Of a stretch of 27,101 nt of DNA, positions 9,865 through 19,432 are shown piece by piece. A model generated the notes under the pieces. It did not search any database and was not told where the DNA came from. It was given only the letters and a program-made list of their open reading frames with translations. The position numbers and the translations under genes are program-made. The DNA is from Candidatus Heimdallarchaeota archaeon (GTDB lineage Archaea; Asgardarchaeota; Heimdallarchaeia; Heimdallarchaeales; Heimdallarchaeaceae): contig JABCTC010000045.1 of assembly GCA_018238545.1 (NCBI GenBank), positions 1 through 27,101 of the forward strand. The letters are read 5' to 3'. Position 1 is the stretch's first letter. Each line of letters starts with the position of its first letter.

Positions 9865-11025
9865 CTAAATTATTGGTTCATTCAAAGGATACAAATCGAT
9901 AGAGTTGGAAGGACCACTAATATTGTAAGTGCTATTTGTCCCTAAATCGTTCCAGAAGTTTCCTTCGTTTATGATGGGACTGTACCATAGACTCCAGGTA
10001 CTATTGTCAAATGCCTGGGATGTAGATAGATTATATTGATTATTATCCTTAAACGTGTTATGAAAGACTGTGCAATTGAATACATCATAACTAAGAGATA
10101 CACCATATCCTTGACAATTTTGAATAAGATTCAACATAATCAAATTTAAGGAACATTCATGCATGAATATTCCAAACCAATAACGAATGATTGTATTGTT
10201 AACTATTCTTGCAGAGTTACAATCTTCCATCTCAATTCCACTCATAGTTGCAGAAACATATATTGTCTCTATACGATTATTTTCAATAACAGGAAAATCA
10301 CATGAAGTTAACCAAACACCTAGTGAACAATCATAAATAAAATTGTCTAATACTTTAGCGTAGTTTGAATTATAAAATACAACAGAAGCTCCAGCTCCAA
10401 TTTCCTGGAAAATGTTATCGCGAATGGTTACATTGTTCGAATAGTAAACTGCAAATCCAGTGTAATAATTTTGACAATAGTTATTCATTATTATGCAGTT
10501 ATCTGAAGATTGGAGCTCAATTGCATAGCCTCCAATTTTAGAAGTTCGTGTAAGAAAATCACACTTTGAGATTACTACATCTGATGAGTTTACTATTTTC
10601 ATACTATTGATGCCAATTTCAAAAATTTCTACTGTTTGAGGAATTGAGTAAAACTCACAATTCTCAATTGTAGCTGTCCCAGGTGCTAAATTTTTAAAAT
10701 ATATAGTGTTTTTTCCACCTGTAAATGAGCAGTTTCTAACAACGAAGTGTTTAGTTGTATCTGTAATTTGTAGTCCGATAAATTTGTCTTTTACTTCATT
10801 GTACTCATACAAACCTAAGTCATATTCTTCAATAGTATAGGGATCACCAATTACTCCCGATCCTGGAAGATTATATTTTTCAAAATCGTTATCAGAATGT
10901 ATAGTCATGACTTCTGCTGATGGATAGTGAGGGAATAGATTATAGATATAATAAGAAACTCCTCCAGCAATTGCCAATAGAATTATTCCTGAAAATATTT
11001 TGATTAACAAACTTTGCTTCATCAA
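9865..11025 (-). CDS. Membrane-anchored right-handed parallel beta-helix (NosD/CASH-like) protein
   Basis: N-terminal TM helix, LPGSGVIGDPYTI cap, repeated GI.l..s.n..I.nN turns, C-terminal GNFWNDL...DLYPL. Confidence 0.88.
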   Translation of the reverse strand: MMKQSLLIKIFSGIILLAIAGGVSYYIYNLFPHYPSAEVMTIHSDNDFEKYNLPGSGVIGDPYTIEEYDLGLYEYNEVKDKFIGLQITDTTKHFVVRNCSFTGGKNTIYFKNLAPGTATIENCEFYSIPQTVEIFEIGINSMKIVNSSDVVISKCDFLTRTSKIGGYAIELQSSDNCIIMNNYCQNYYTGFAVYYSNNVTIRDNIFQEIGAGASVVFYNSNYAKVLDNFIYDCSLGVWLTSCDFPVIENNRIETIYVSATMSGIEMEDCNSARIVNNTIIRYWFGIFMHECSLNLIMLNLIQNCQGYGVSLSYDVFNCTVFHNTFKDNNQYNLSTSQAFDNSTWSLWYSPIINEGNFWNDLGTNSTYNISGPSNSIDLYPLNEPII

Positions 11026-11258
11026 CTACAATTATTCACCTAAGTAAATATAAATCATTCGTAGAGTTCAAGAAAATGCTCTATTTCCAACCGGCTGGTA
11101 CTATGTCATCAATCAGAACGTTGTTTAAAGGATTTGAATAGCAAAGTAGGTGCATTTCTAAGTCCGGCGTGTCGGTCCCTGTGAATTTGTGTTATTGTAA
11201 AAAAAAGCCATATTTGATAAACCAACATGTTCATGAACAATTGATTTGCCGTATTCTT

Positions 11259-11733
11259 ATGGGAAAAATATCTGAAACAATTAAACTTGAGATGGAAGCA
11301 GTTTTCAAAATGCTCAAAGATGCTGTTTCAAGAATTGAAGGGGAATTTTGGAAAGATAAGAAAAATAAGTGGATGTATGGATATACTTTTTCATGCAATT
11401 GAAGCAATAGAATTCTATATGTCTGATTCAGCAGATGATTGGAAACCCTTAAACGATGTTTCTGCCAATTCTGAAGAAATCGAGACAAAAACTTTGCGTA
11501 ACAAAGATAGACAGTTTTTTGAAAATTATCTAGTAGAAGTTGAGAAAAAAACATTTGATACTATAGCTAAATTAAGTGATGAGGATTTTCTGGAACCTGA
11601 TGGTTTCTCAAAAAGAGGTTCTATATCTAGATTACATAAATTCTCATATGTGATTAGACATACCATGGTTCATGTTGGAGAACTCTCTAAAACCACTCGA
11701 GACAATAAAATGAAAGGAATAAGATGGGAATAA
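11259..11733 (+). pseudogene. DinB/YfiT-like protein, frameshifted (or sequencing error) at a T5 run
   Basis: ATG 11259 MGKISETIKLEMEAVFKMLKDAV...WMYGYT switches frame at TTTTT 11387-11391 into FHAIEAIEFY...YVIRHTMVHVGEL, giving the DinB His triad (H...HxxxH). Confidence 0.78.
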
Positions 11734-11880
11734 TCTGGTTATGTTCTTCTTAAACATAAGAGTAAACCTTGCTATATTATGGTGTAAAACAATTATAAAG
11801 AGTTTGCAATGAAATTGAACTTATTGTTTAAGTGTCTGGTTATCCACATTCTTCTATGATACTGGTTGATGATAGTGATT

Positions 11881-13047
11881 TCATATTAAAGGCTCTGTGA
11901 GCGGGTACAAATCTATAGAGTTAGATGGACCACCAATCACATAAGTACTATCTGTCCCTAAATCACTCCAAAAATTCCCTTCACTTAGTTGGGAATTATA
12001 CCATAAATTGTTAGATCCTTCATCATATGCTTGTGACCAATATGGGCTAAATTCTTCACCAACTATGAATGAATTATGGAAGATGTTGCAATTATTTGTA
12101 TTATCTACCAATTCTACACAGTACATTGAACTATATTGCACTACATTTAGACTGACTGTAAAATTATAGCCATCTCTAATCCATATTCCCACCTGAACTT
12201 CAAAAATTGTATTTTTCACTATTTGTATATTTTCACATAAAGCAGATACTATTGCCATTCGTGAATCTAAATCTGAACAATACATCCCCATGAATGTATT
12301 GTTCTCAATATTTGTAAATTTGCATTTATCTAAATATATACCATTTCTAGAATAATTTAGTTGATTATACATAATTTCAATATTTATAGATTCTATAACT
12401 GCAATAGGAGCAGTTCCGAACTCTGCAGAGATGCCATTACGTGTTACTATAACCTCTCTCGAATTTTCAATTCTAATTGCTTTGTTCATTTTCCATATCT
12501 CATTTGAGGAAATTATTGAACTAGAAGCATTTTCCAAAAATATTCCTGAAAAACCCTCACTAGATTTCTGCCCTTTAGTAATTTGATTGTATGATATGTT
12601 GATCCCTATGGAATCATAAATTAATATGCCCTCTCCACCTCTCCCATAATCGGATGTAAATTGTATGAGCGCAAATATCTGATTATCAAATATCTGAGCG
12701 GTATTTGCAGCAACATTTGAAATTTTTATGCATGAAAATCCGCCATAAAGTGTGCATTCTTTTACAATAAAGTATTTGTTTGTATTTGAAATATCTAGAG
12801 CTGTATAAAACTCTCTAACATATTTTGAATCAACTCCTAGTTTTTTATTTTCTATTCTGAATGGATCCTCTTTAGTTCCAGATCCTGGCAAATTATAATT
12901 AGTAAAGCCCTCATCTGAAGTTATAACAATAGTTTTTGCAGTAGGATGAGGTCTGAATGGAGAGTTAATCCAAATAAAATAGCCACCTATGCCAGCAGCT
13001 ATTACAACTATCGATATAATTACTGCTGTAACTATCTTTGACTTCAG
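11881..13047 (-). CDS. Membrane-anchored parallel beta-helix protein (paralog of 9865-11025), extended to a CTG start
   Basis: Frame is open upstream of the called start (12891) through KSKIVTAVIISIVVIAAGIGGYFIW...PHPTAKTIVITSDEGF, matching the paralog's N-terminus. GGAGGTG lies 7 nt upstream of CTG 13047. Confidence 0.85.
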   Translation of the reverse strand: MKSKIVTAVIISIVVIAAGIGGYFIWINSPFRPHPTAKTIVITSDEGFTNYNLPGSGTKEDPFRIENKKLGVDSKYVREFYTALDISNTNKYFIVKECTLYGGFSCIKISNVAANTAQIFDNQIFALIQFTSDYGRGGEGILIYDSIGINISYNQITKGQKSSEGFSGIFLENASSSIISSNEIWKMNKAIRIENSREVIVTRNGISAEFGTAPIAVIESINIEIMYNQLNYSRNGIYLDKCKFTNIENNTFMGMYCSDLDSRMAIVSALCENIQIVKNTIFEVQVGIWIRDGYNFTVSLNVVQYSSMYCVELVDNTNNCNIFHNSFIVGEEFSPYWSQAYDEGSNNLWYNSQLSEGNFWSDLGTDSTYVIGGPSNSIDLYPLTEPLI

Positions 13048-13054
13048 CTGAAAG

Positions 13055-13061
13055 CACCTCC
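13055..13061 (-). promoter_or_regulatory. Shine-Dalgarno GGAGGTG
   Basis: Plus-strand CACCTCC, 7 nt before the CTG codon. Confidence 0.7.
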
Positions 13062-13131
13062 TTTGAATACTAACAAACTAAATATAATACTATTTCTTAT
13101 TGTTTTGTGCTCTTATTACTTTTTCGTGGAC

Positions 13132-14319
13132 TTAATCATTAATAGATCTATACTCTTCTATGATAATATTAGAAGCTTCATCAATCTCATCTTGGCTTAC
13201 TCTTTCTCCATCCTTAAAATATCCTGATAGATTCCACTTCAAAGACAGAACTTCCTTGAAACTTAAATCCGTAATTTTTCTTTCGGATACAGATATTCTT
13301 CTAACTATTTCATTCAAAAAAGGATGTTCAGAAAGCTGACTTTCCTCTCTTATACCTGGACAGGAAAAATCTACTTCAATGGTAAAATGATTATTATCTA
13401 CCTTATGTATCATGAAAGGATAACTAAAACAGTTTAGAGGCTTACTTTCTTGAATTGTGCATTTCCTATTTTTTCTGTCTTGAAAAACACAGACTCCTTC
13501 GTTTTGTCGTAGAGCAAGCTGGAAATCAATCATATCTCCTGACTTATTCTTTAAATAAATTATAGGATAACAAAACTCTTCGATTCTTTTTTTAGCTACA
13601 GAAGAAATCTCGATTCCTTCATTTAGAGAGAGACAAGCCAAGTTTGAAGGAAAACCTATCCTCTTCTCAGTAAATAAATCTTGGAAAGGTTGCTCATTTT
13701 TATTTGATATTGGGTTAACTGAATAGTTACTAGGTAACTCACACATATTGCAAGATATGCAAGAAAAATTGATATCTGATGAAAACATATATTCAAACAA
13801 TGTATTTCCTTTTTTTGTTTGTTTTCTCTTTAAAACGTAATTTTCAACTTTGTAAGATAAAGAATTTTTTTCTAGGATATCATGTAATTGACTGAGAATT
13901 TCATCAATTGAAATATCTTCAAATTGTGAAAAGGTTCCTCGAAAAACTCTGTCATTTTTTGGTTTCAATTTTTTCAGACTATACAAATCATTCCAAATTT
14001 TTGATCTTGTTGCATCGTCCTTGATTAAAATAACTAACTCAGAAGAAGAATTAACATTAATACAACCTATTTTTCTTACAAGTATATCTACTTCTATAGG
14101 GAGAGTTAAATCTTTCCAATATTTATCAATTAATTTCTTATCAGTTTTTTCTCCAAGCCCCAAACTTATGCCTTTTTCTAACAATTTCTCATTAATAATT
14201 CTTAAAATATAAGGAGAGTAGTTGAAAAATTCAGGTTGCAGATTCTCTCCAATCATCAGTTTCAGAAGATCTTCTTCAGCTTTTTGCTGTATTCCTTCAT
14301 TGATGAGGAGCCTAGTCAT
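13132..14319 (-). CDS. YkgJ-family cysteine-cluster (putative Zn/Fe-chelating) protein with N-terminal extension
   Basis: FSCISCNMC ... CVFQDRKNRKCTIQESKPLNCFSYPF ... CPG. Confidence 0.78.
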   Translation of the reverse strand: MTRLLINEGIQQKAEEDLLKLMIGENLQPEFFNYSPYILRIINEKLLEKGISLGLGEKTDKKLIDKYWKDLTLPIEVDILVRKIGCINVNSSSELVILIKDDATRSKIWNDLYSLKKLKPKNDRVFRGTFSQFEDISIDEILSQLHDILEKNSLSYKVENYVLKRKQTKKGNTLFEYMFSSDINFSCISCNMCELPSNYSVNPISNKNEQPFQDLFTEKRIGFPSNLACLSLNEGIEISSVAKKRIEEFCYPIIYLKNKSGDMIDFQLALRQNEGVCVFQDRKNRKCTIQESKPLNCFSYPFMIHKVDNNHFTIEVDFSCPGIREESQLSEHPFLNEIVRRISVSERKITDLSFKEVLSLKWNLSGYFKDGERVSQDEIDEASNIIIEEYRSIND

Positions 14320-14412
14320 TATCTCAAAGAACTAGAACAATGTTCACAATAATAATTTTTTCCCATAAGCTTCATAAACAATGAAGAAAGAGAGTTTCTT
14401 TCTTATTTGAGT

Positions 14413-15384
14413 CTATTTCTTTTTTACTATTTTCGTAAAACACTCTTGACAATAAATGGGTTTGTCAGCTGTTGGTTTGAAAGGAATTGTTATTTCCTTA
14501 TTACATTCTCTACATGTAGTTTGGTGCATCTTTTTACTAGCTCTATATGGACCTGGTCTATCCCCAAATCTTTCTACAACTTCATCAACTTTATCTTGAA
14601 CATTAGTAGCTTCTTTTGGAGATTTAGCTTTTAGTTTTGGATCTTGGAAACACGATTTACAATAAACTGGTTTATTTCCTGAAGGTTTGAATGGTACAGT
14701 TGTTTCTTTCTTACATTTATCACATATTACTGTATGGAGTTCTATGGATTCTCTATCTGACTGTTTTCTATCTCTAGAGTCATATCTTGCTGGAGACCTG
14801 CTAGTAGAACGTTTATTTTGTCTATCTTTAGTTCGTTTGGGAAATCGACTTACTGGAGTGGAGCCATCTTGTGGTTTTAGCTTTTTGTAGCATTCTCTAC
14901 AGTAGACTGGTTTAGTTCCTGTTGGTTTGAAAGGTACGGTAGTATTTCTATTGCAGTTACTACAAGTTGTTGTGTAAAGTTCCGGTGTCCCTCTTTCTGT
15001 GTGACTTCTGACTCTAGCGTCATATCTTGCTCGAGACCTGCTAGAAGATCGATGATCTGGTCTACTGCTAGTACGACTAGATAATCGTCTTACAGCACCA
15101 TCTTGTGGCTTTTGCTCATGGAAACAATCTCTGCAGTAAACGGGTTTAATTCCTGAAGGCTTGAACGGTACAGTTGTTTCTTTCTTACACTTAGCACAAG
15201 TTACAGTGTAAAATTCCTTGGTTCCCCTATCCGACTGTCTTCTGTCTCTAGAATCATATCTATTGGATGACCTACTATAAGACGATGAACCTGTTTTGCT
15301 TCTAGACAGACTTGGAGGTTTTCTTTTTGTTTGATCCTTTTCCGTATCTCTAGAACGATTGCTCCTATTTTGCACAAAGCTCAA
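14413..15384 (-). CDS. Protein with four CxxC-x17-CxxC zinc-ribbon domains and Arg/Ser-rich linkers
   Basis: Four copies of CxxC-KETTVPFKPxGxKPVY-CxxC (17-residue spacing), with repeated RYDSRDRxQSDR linkers. Confidence 0.9.
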   Translation of the reverse strand: MSFVQNRSNRSRDTEKDQTKRKPPSLSRSKTGSSSYSRSSNRYDSRDRRQSDRGTKEFYTVTCAKCKKETTVPFKPSGIKPVYCRDCFHEQKPQDGAVRRLSSRTSSRPDHRSSSRSRARYDARVRSHTERGTPELYTTTCSNCNRNTTVPFKPTGTKPVYCRECYKKLKPQDGSTPVSRFPKRTKDRQNKRSTSRSPARYDSRDRKQSDRESIELHTVICDKCKKETTVPFKPSGNKPVYCKSCFQDPKLKAKSPKEATNVQDKVDEVVERFGDRPGPYRASKKMHQTTCRECNKEITIPFKPTADKPIYCQECFTKIVKKK

Positions 15385-15572
15385 CCCGCTTACTTGTTTT
15401 TAAATACGGCGATATAAGTTCTGCAACCTATGGTTACAGTTCTATCTTCAAAAATTCTCCCTCATTAACTTTTCATTAAACGTATAATTTAGTAAATTAG
15501 CCCCCTACCTTATAGGAAGTACCAACCTTTTCATAACTTTGTATGTTATTGTAAAGACATCCTTCTCGTTAG

Positions 15573-15618
15573 GGTGATTAATTACGAACTCTTGGAAACA
15601 ATACCCTTCTAATAAGTT
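15573..15618 (+). repeat. 46-bp intergenic direct repeat, copy A
   Basis: GGTGATTAATTacgaactctTGGAAAcAATACccttCTAATAAGTT; 37/46 ungapped identity to 18254-18299. Confidence 0.7.
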
Positions 15619-15669
15619 CCTATGTTGTTAAGCCAAGTATCAATTATATTTAACCCTACTAAATGATTG

Positions 15670-16518
15670 TTAAGGGATATGTCCTTTTCTTTTTTTTACT
15701 TTTATTATAATTATAACTATCGTGACCATTAACACAATGGGGATAAATACCGCTAAGAAGATAACTAGTAATCTGTAACCAATTGATTGGAATTGATACT
15801 TAATCCAAACTGAATCAACAGTAATTTGTTCGTTTTCCCACTCCCATAAGTACGATTTCCCATCAGGTATATTAGAAACAGTACAATCGTGTGAGTATTC
15901 TTTTGGCTGAAAACCAGTTACTCTGAATTCTACTCTTTCATAGATATTTGAGCTGTTCTCCCAAGAGTTTGCTGTTCCAACTATATACTCTATGAATGTC
16001 TCGTAGTATCCTATAGTAGTGTAAAATGAATCATAACGAAAATAGATATTGGTGATTGCATTTGGATCAAAAGTTACATTACATATTAAAAGGTAAATAG
16101 AATACCTATCAGGGAAATAATAATTAAAATTTTCTGCTGTTTCAATCGTTATTTCACCAAATGAATAATTTGTTTTTATATTATTCACAAACATTGATAT
16201 GTTCTCTCCAGATAGGTCATTGGTGAAAGGAGCAGCAATAACAAGTTCTTGTTGTGTATCGTTGGTACTATAAAAACTATAATTGCCTGTGTAATCTATT
16301 GTTGCATGAAGAGTATTGTCTGCACTTATATTCAGAAAGACATCAGCCCTTTGCATAATAATACCATGTACAACATTCGTAGGCAGAAGTACTCCATGAG
16401 ACATATTTACTATAGATATGGGATTTGCTGATGAATATTGAATGGTTGGTAAACTGATTATTGTACTTGAAACTAATATAAACAAAACCAACATTGCTTT
16501 CTTTTGACTATATCTCAT
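15670..16518 (-). CDS. Secreted, C-terminally anchored beta-rich protein (DUF4424-like)
   Basis: Signal peptide ending SSANP, IAAPF, EYIVGTANSW, C-terminal TM helix and basic tail. Confidence 0.7.
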   Translation of the reverse strand: MRYSQKKAMLVLFILVSSTIISLPTIQYSSANPISIVNMSHGVLLPTNVVHGIIMQRADVFLNISADNTLHATIDYTGNYSFYSTNDTQQELVIAAPFTNDLSGENISMFVNNIKTNYSFGEITIETAENFNYYFPDRYSIYLLICNVTFDPNAITNIYFRYDSFYTTIGYYETFIEYIVGTANSWENSSNIYERVEFRVTGFQPKEYSHDCTVSNIPDGKSYLWEWENEQITVDSVWIKYQFQSIGYRLLVIFLAVFIPIVLMVTIVIIIIKVKKRKGHIP

Positions 16519-16646
16519 AGCTCTAGTAAAATGTAATAGGATATATAAATAACACCCTTCTTGGACGGTTGTATTATATTTGAGTTAAATTACTCAAAAC
16601 TAACCAATCAGAAGAAAAATAAAATCCACCATGTGTATGTGTTCTA

Positions 16647-18167
16647 TTGTTAGGCTGTATGCAATCTGATGGATTTTCAATACTTAATGAGCTAGAAACT
16701 AAAATAACCAATAGGATAAGCAATGAAACAAGCTATATAGAAGGTGAAGAGTTTCTGAAAATTAAGTCAGAAGATGATCTTCTTTCATTGAATCTTCTTG
16801 GATCTGGAACAAAAGAAAGTCCCTTTATCTTAAGTAAACTTCACATATCTAAAACTGATATAGGAATTCAAATTTCAAATATAAAATCTCATCTTCTAAT
16901 AATTAACTGTTATATACATGATGTAAATCAAGGTATTTTGATTGAAGATGTAGTTAGTGGAAGTGTAACAGTAAAAGACACCAGAATTGAACATTCCGCT
17001 AATGATGGGATTTACATCACAAACTCAGATTCTATAACAGTAGAGAATTGTGATATTGTATTAAATGCTGCGAGTGGTATCTCTGTTCTTAATACAAATG
17101 GTACTGTCATAGCAAATAATACATTTGATTATAACTCTAATTATGGGATATATCTTCAAAACTCTACTTATTGTTTGATTTATAACAATTCTTGTAGCCA
17201 TAATTATTACTCAGGAATGAGAATTAATACTGATTCACATTATAATGTCATTGAAAAAAATGTATGCAATAATAATTCAGGTGGAATTCATGTTCAAAAT
17301 TCTGATTATAATAGAATTCATAATAATACCTGTATGGATAATGTCGAAGATACTTACTTTGGAGAACATTACTGGCCTTCAGGAAACGGTATTTATCTAG
17401 TTCAATCAGACAATCTCTTAGTAACAGACAATTACTTAATGAACAACAGTTATGGAGTAGCTTTACAACTAGGTAACTTCAATAACATTTCATCCAATTT
17501 TATAGTAAATAACTTAATACTTGAAATGTTCAGTTTCGATATTGATTCAGTAACTATTGAAGGAAATATAATCTACAATAATTACTTTATCAACTCAAAT
17601 ACTACTAAGGAATTGGCAAGGGATGATGAAGGAGGATCGAAATGGTACAATCAATATACACAGAAAGGCAATTATTGGAGTAATTGGGATCAGGAAGGTA
17701 ATTATGAAATTTCTGGTAATGCTAACCTCAGGGATTGGTACCCACTCACTTACATTGATTCGGATAATGATCTACTGGATGATTTGCAGGAAATATATAT
17801 CTACCAAACGAATCCTTTTCTAAATGATTCAGAATCTGATGGGATGCCGGATGGATGGGAAGTAGAAAACAATCTAAACCCTTTAGTTGATGATTCTACT
17901 GAAGATCCTGATGAAGATGGATTAATTAATGTTGAAGAATATAAGTATGGTACTGACCCGAATAATTGGGATACAGACGGGGATGGTTCATCAGATTGGG
18001 AAGAGGTGATTGAAGGTACAGATCCTAATGATCCTGATGATAATCCTGCGGATATCATAACCACTCCTACTAGTCTTATAATTTCTGTCTGTTATATTAC
18101 CCTTGTATTTTTCGCATTTTCATTTAGAAAGAAATTGCCCAAATGTAGAAAAGAGAATAAAGATTAA
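16647..18167 (+). CDS. Parallel beta-helix protein with TSP3-like Ca-binding repeats and C-terminal TM anchor
   Basis: GSGTKESPF cap, beta-helix repeats, GNYWS. Repeats DSDNDLLDD, DSESDGMPDGWE, DPDEDGLINVEE, DTDGDGSSDWEE. Start uncertain: no clear signal peptide, in-frame TAA at 16620. Confidence 0.85.
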   Translation: MLGCMQSDGFSILNELETKITNRISNETSYIEGEEFLKIKSEDDLLSLNLLGSGTKESPFILSKLHISKTDIGIQISNIKSHLLIINCYIHDVNQGILIEDVVSGSVTVKDTRIEHSANDGIYITNSDSITVENCDIVLNAASGISVLNTNGTVIANNTFDYNSNYGIYLQNSTYCLIYNNSCSHNYYSGMRINTDSHYNVIEKNVCNNNSGGIHVQNSDYNRIHNNTCMDNVEDTYFGEHYWPSGNGIYLVQSDNLLVTDNYLMNNSYGVALQLGNFNNISSNFIVNNLILEMFSFDIDSVTIEGNIIYNNYFINSNTTKELARDDEGGSKWYNQYTQKGNYWSNWDQEGNYEISGNANLRDWYPLTYIDSDNDLLDDLQEIYIYQTNPFLNDSESDGMPDGWEVENNLNPLVDDSTEDPDEDGLINVEEYKYGTDPNNWDTDGDGSSDWEEVIEGTDPNDPDDNPADIITTPTSLIISVCYITLVFFAFSFRKKLPKCRKENKD

Positions 18168-18253
18168 TTTTTTTGGGAAATATTATTCCTTTTTCTCTCT
18201 ATTATCTACAAATTTGGAATAAACGGTAATATTCTGATAAACCATATCTTACA

Positions 18254-18299
18254 GGTGATTAATTGTGATTTTATGGAAATAATACTCATCTAATAAGTT
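18254..18299 (+). repeat. 46-bp intergenic direct repeat, copy B
   Basis: GGTGATTAATTgtgattttaTGGAAAtAATACtcatCTAATAAGTT. Confidence 0.7.
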
Positions 18300-18717
18300 G
18301 GTCGAATCTGCCTGCTTTTACTTGCTTCTGAAAACCTACCGATATTGAGGTACTAAATCGTTAACCTTTGCAAAGCACAATCCTCTTTTTTTGAGAAAGA
18401 TTCATCAATGCACTTCTAATCCATAAGAATAGTCGAGATGAAGAACTTTGAGTCAAAATAAAAACTTCAAATTCTGTGGGCAATCTTTAACTCCTCAACA
18501 AAAATACAAGACCTACACTAATCAAATCTTGGTTTTGGGAACCGCTATGATGCTACCTACTACTATAGAAGAAAGTGCTAATGAAATTCTCTTTGATCAA
18601 CTTCGAAATTATGTGGATAAGCGGTCACAAATTAGAATCTAGTATTATTAAGTAGTTTAGAAACTCCAATGAGTTAAATAATGCTAAACTAACTCTCTAC
18701 ATTATCTTGGAGGTAAT

Positions 18718-19317
18718 ATGATGGCGAAAAAAAACAAGAAATGGAAAGTAAAATTAACTGATGAAGATGCAAAATTGTATGATTTAGTCTATAACCTAAC
18801 TATAAATGTCATACGCGAAGAACACCCTAGTTTCAACGAAAGAATGGTTGATTTCAGAAAAATAATTTTGAATCAAATGAATAATATAAGTAGGGTTGAG
18901 AAATTAATGGATGAAAATGATCAATCCACTTTAGACTTCTACAAAATTGAATCAGGAACAGATCTTGAGAAAGTGGACTATCTTGCTAAAGCATGCATTG
19001 AAACATATGCAGGCTTTTTTTCTACATATCTGATTGCAGATTCAGTCGCAGGTACTGTATTACCTTATCCTGGTATAGAAAAATCACCCATACGTTACTA
19101 TGATAGTGTTTTCAGTACAATATATTACTTTTACCGCAAATATCCAACGTTATACGAAAGAACTGGAATTAGTGCTCTACCTGAAGAAGTAACAGCTTCA
19201 AATAGAACTATAATGGAAAAATTGCTAAAATTTCTATTCATTTACATAGACCATCTATTTGCCGGTGGACTTCATGGACAGATCAATAATCGTATACGAG
19301 AATTAGGTTCTCCCTAA
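18718..19317 (+). CDS. Hypothetical helical protein
   Basis: 199-codon ORF, GGAGGT SD immediately upstream, T-rich tract downstream. Confidence 0.75.
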   Translation: MMAKKNKKWKVKLTDEDAKLYDLVYNLTINVIREEHPSFNERMVDFRKIILNQMNNISRVEKLMDENDQSTLDFYKIESGTDLEKVDYLAKACIETYAGFFSTYLIADSVAGTVLPYPGIEKSPIRYYDSVFSTIYYFYRKYPTLYERTGISALPEEVTASNRTIMEKLLKFLFIYIDHLFAGGLHGQINNRIRELGSP

Positions 19318-19432
19318 TTTCATTTCTTCCTTTTATTTATGTTAATTTTGTTTTTTGAAAAAAATACCCTTTCTTGGAAGCTACTATGAATTTGAGAAAA
19401 ATGTTTTTAGATTGAATCAGCTAAGTTAGATA

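Noticed and set aside
11734-11870. TCTGGTTAT...TTCTTCT repeated twice plus CTGGTTGAT
   Set aside because: Too short and irregular for CRISPR or iteron repeats.
15527-15555. dif- or attC-like sites (TTTCATAAC-N7-GTTATTGTAAA; GTTATTGTAA also near 11191 and 22484)
   Set aside because: Spacing and symmetry are not consistent between copies, no tyrosine recombinase is present, and genes lack regular downstream attC structures.
18410-18419. GCACTTCTAA identical to 71-80 (element edge plus flank)
   Set aside because: A single 10-mer match is plausible by chance in 27 kb of AT-rich DNA and does not extend.
18448-18642. 64-aa TTG-start ORF
   Set aside because: No motif or SD; may be a gene remnant but cannot be supported.
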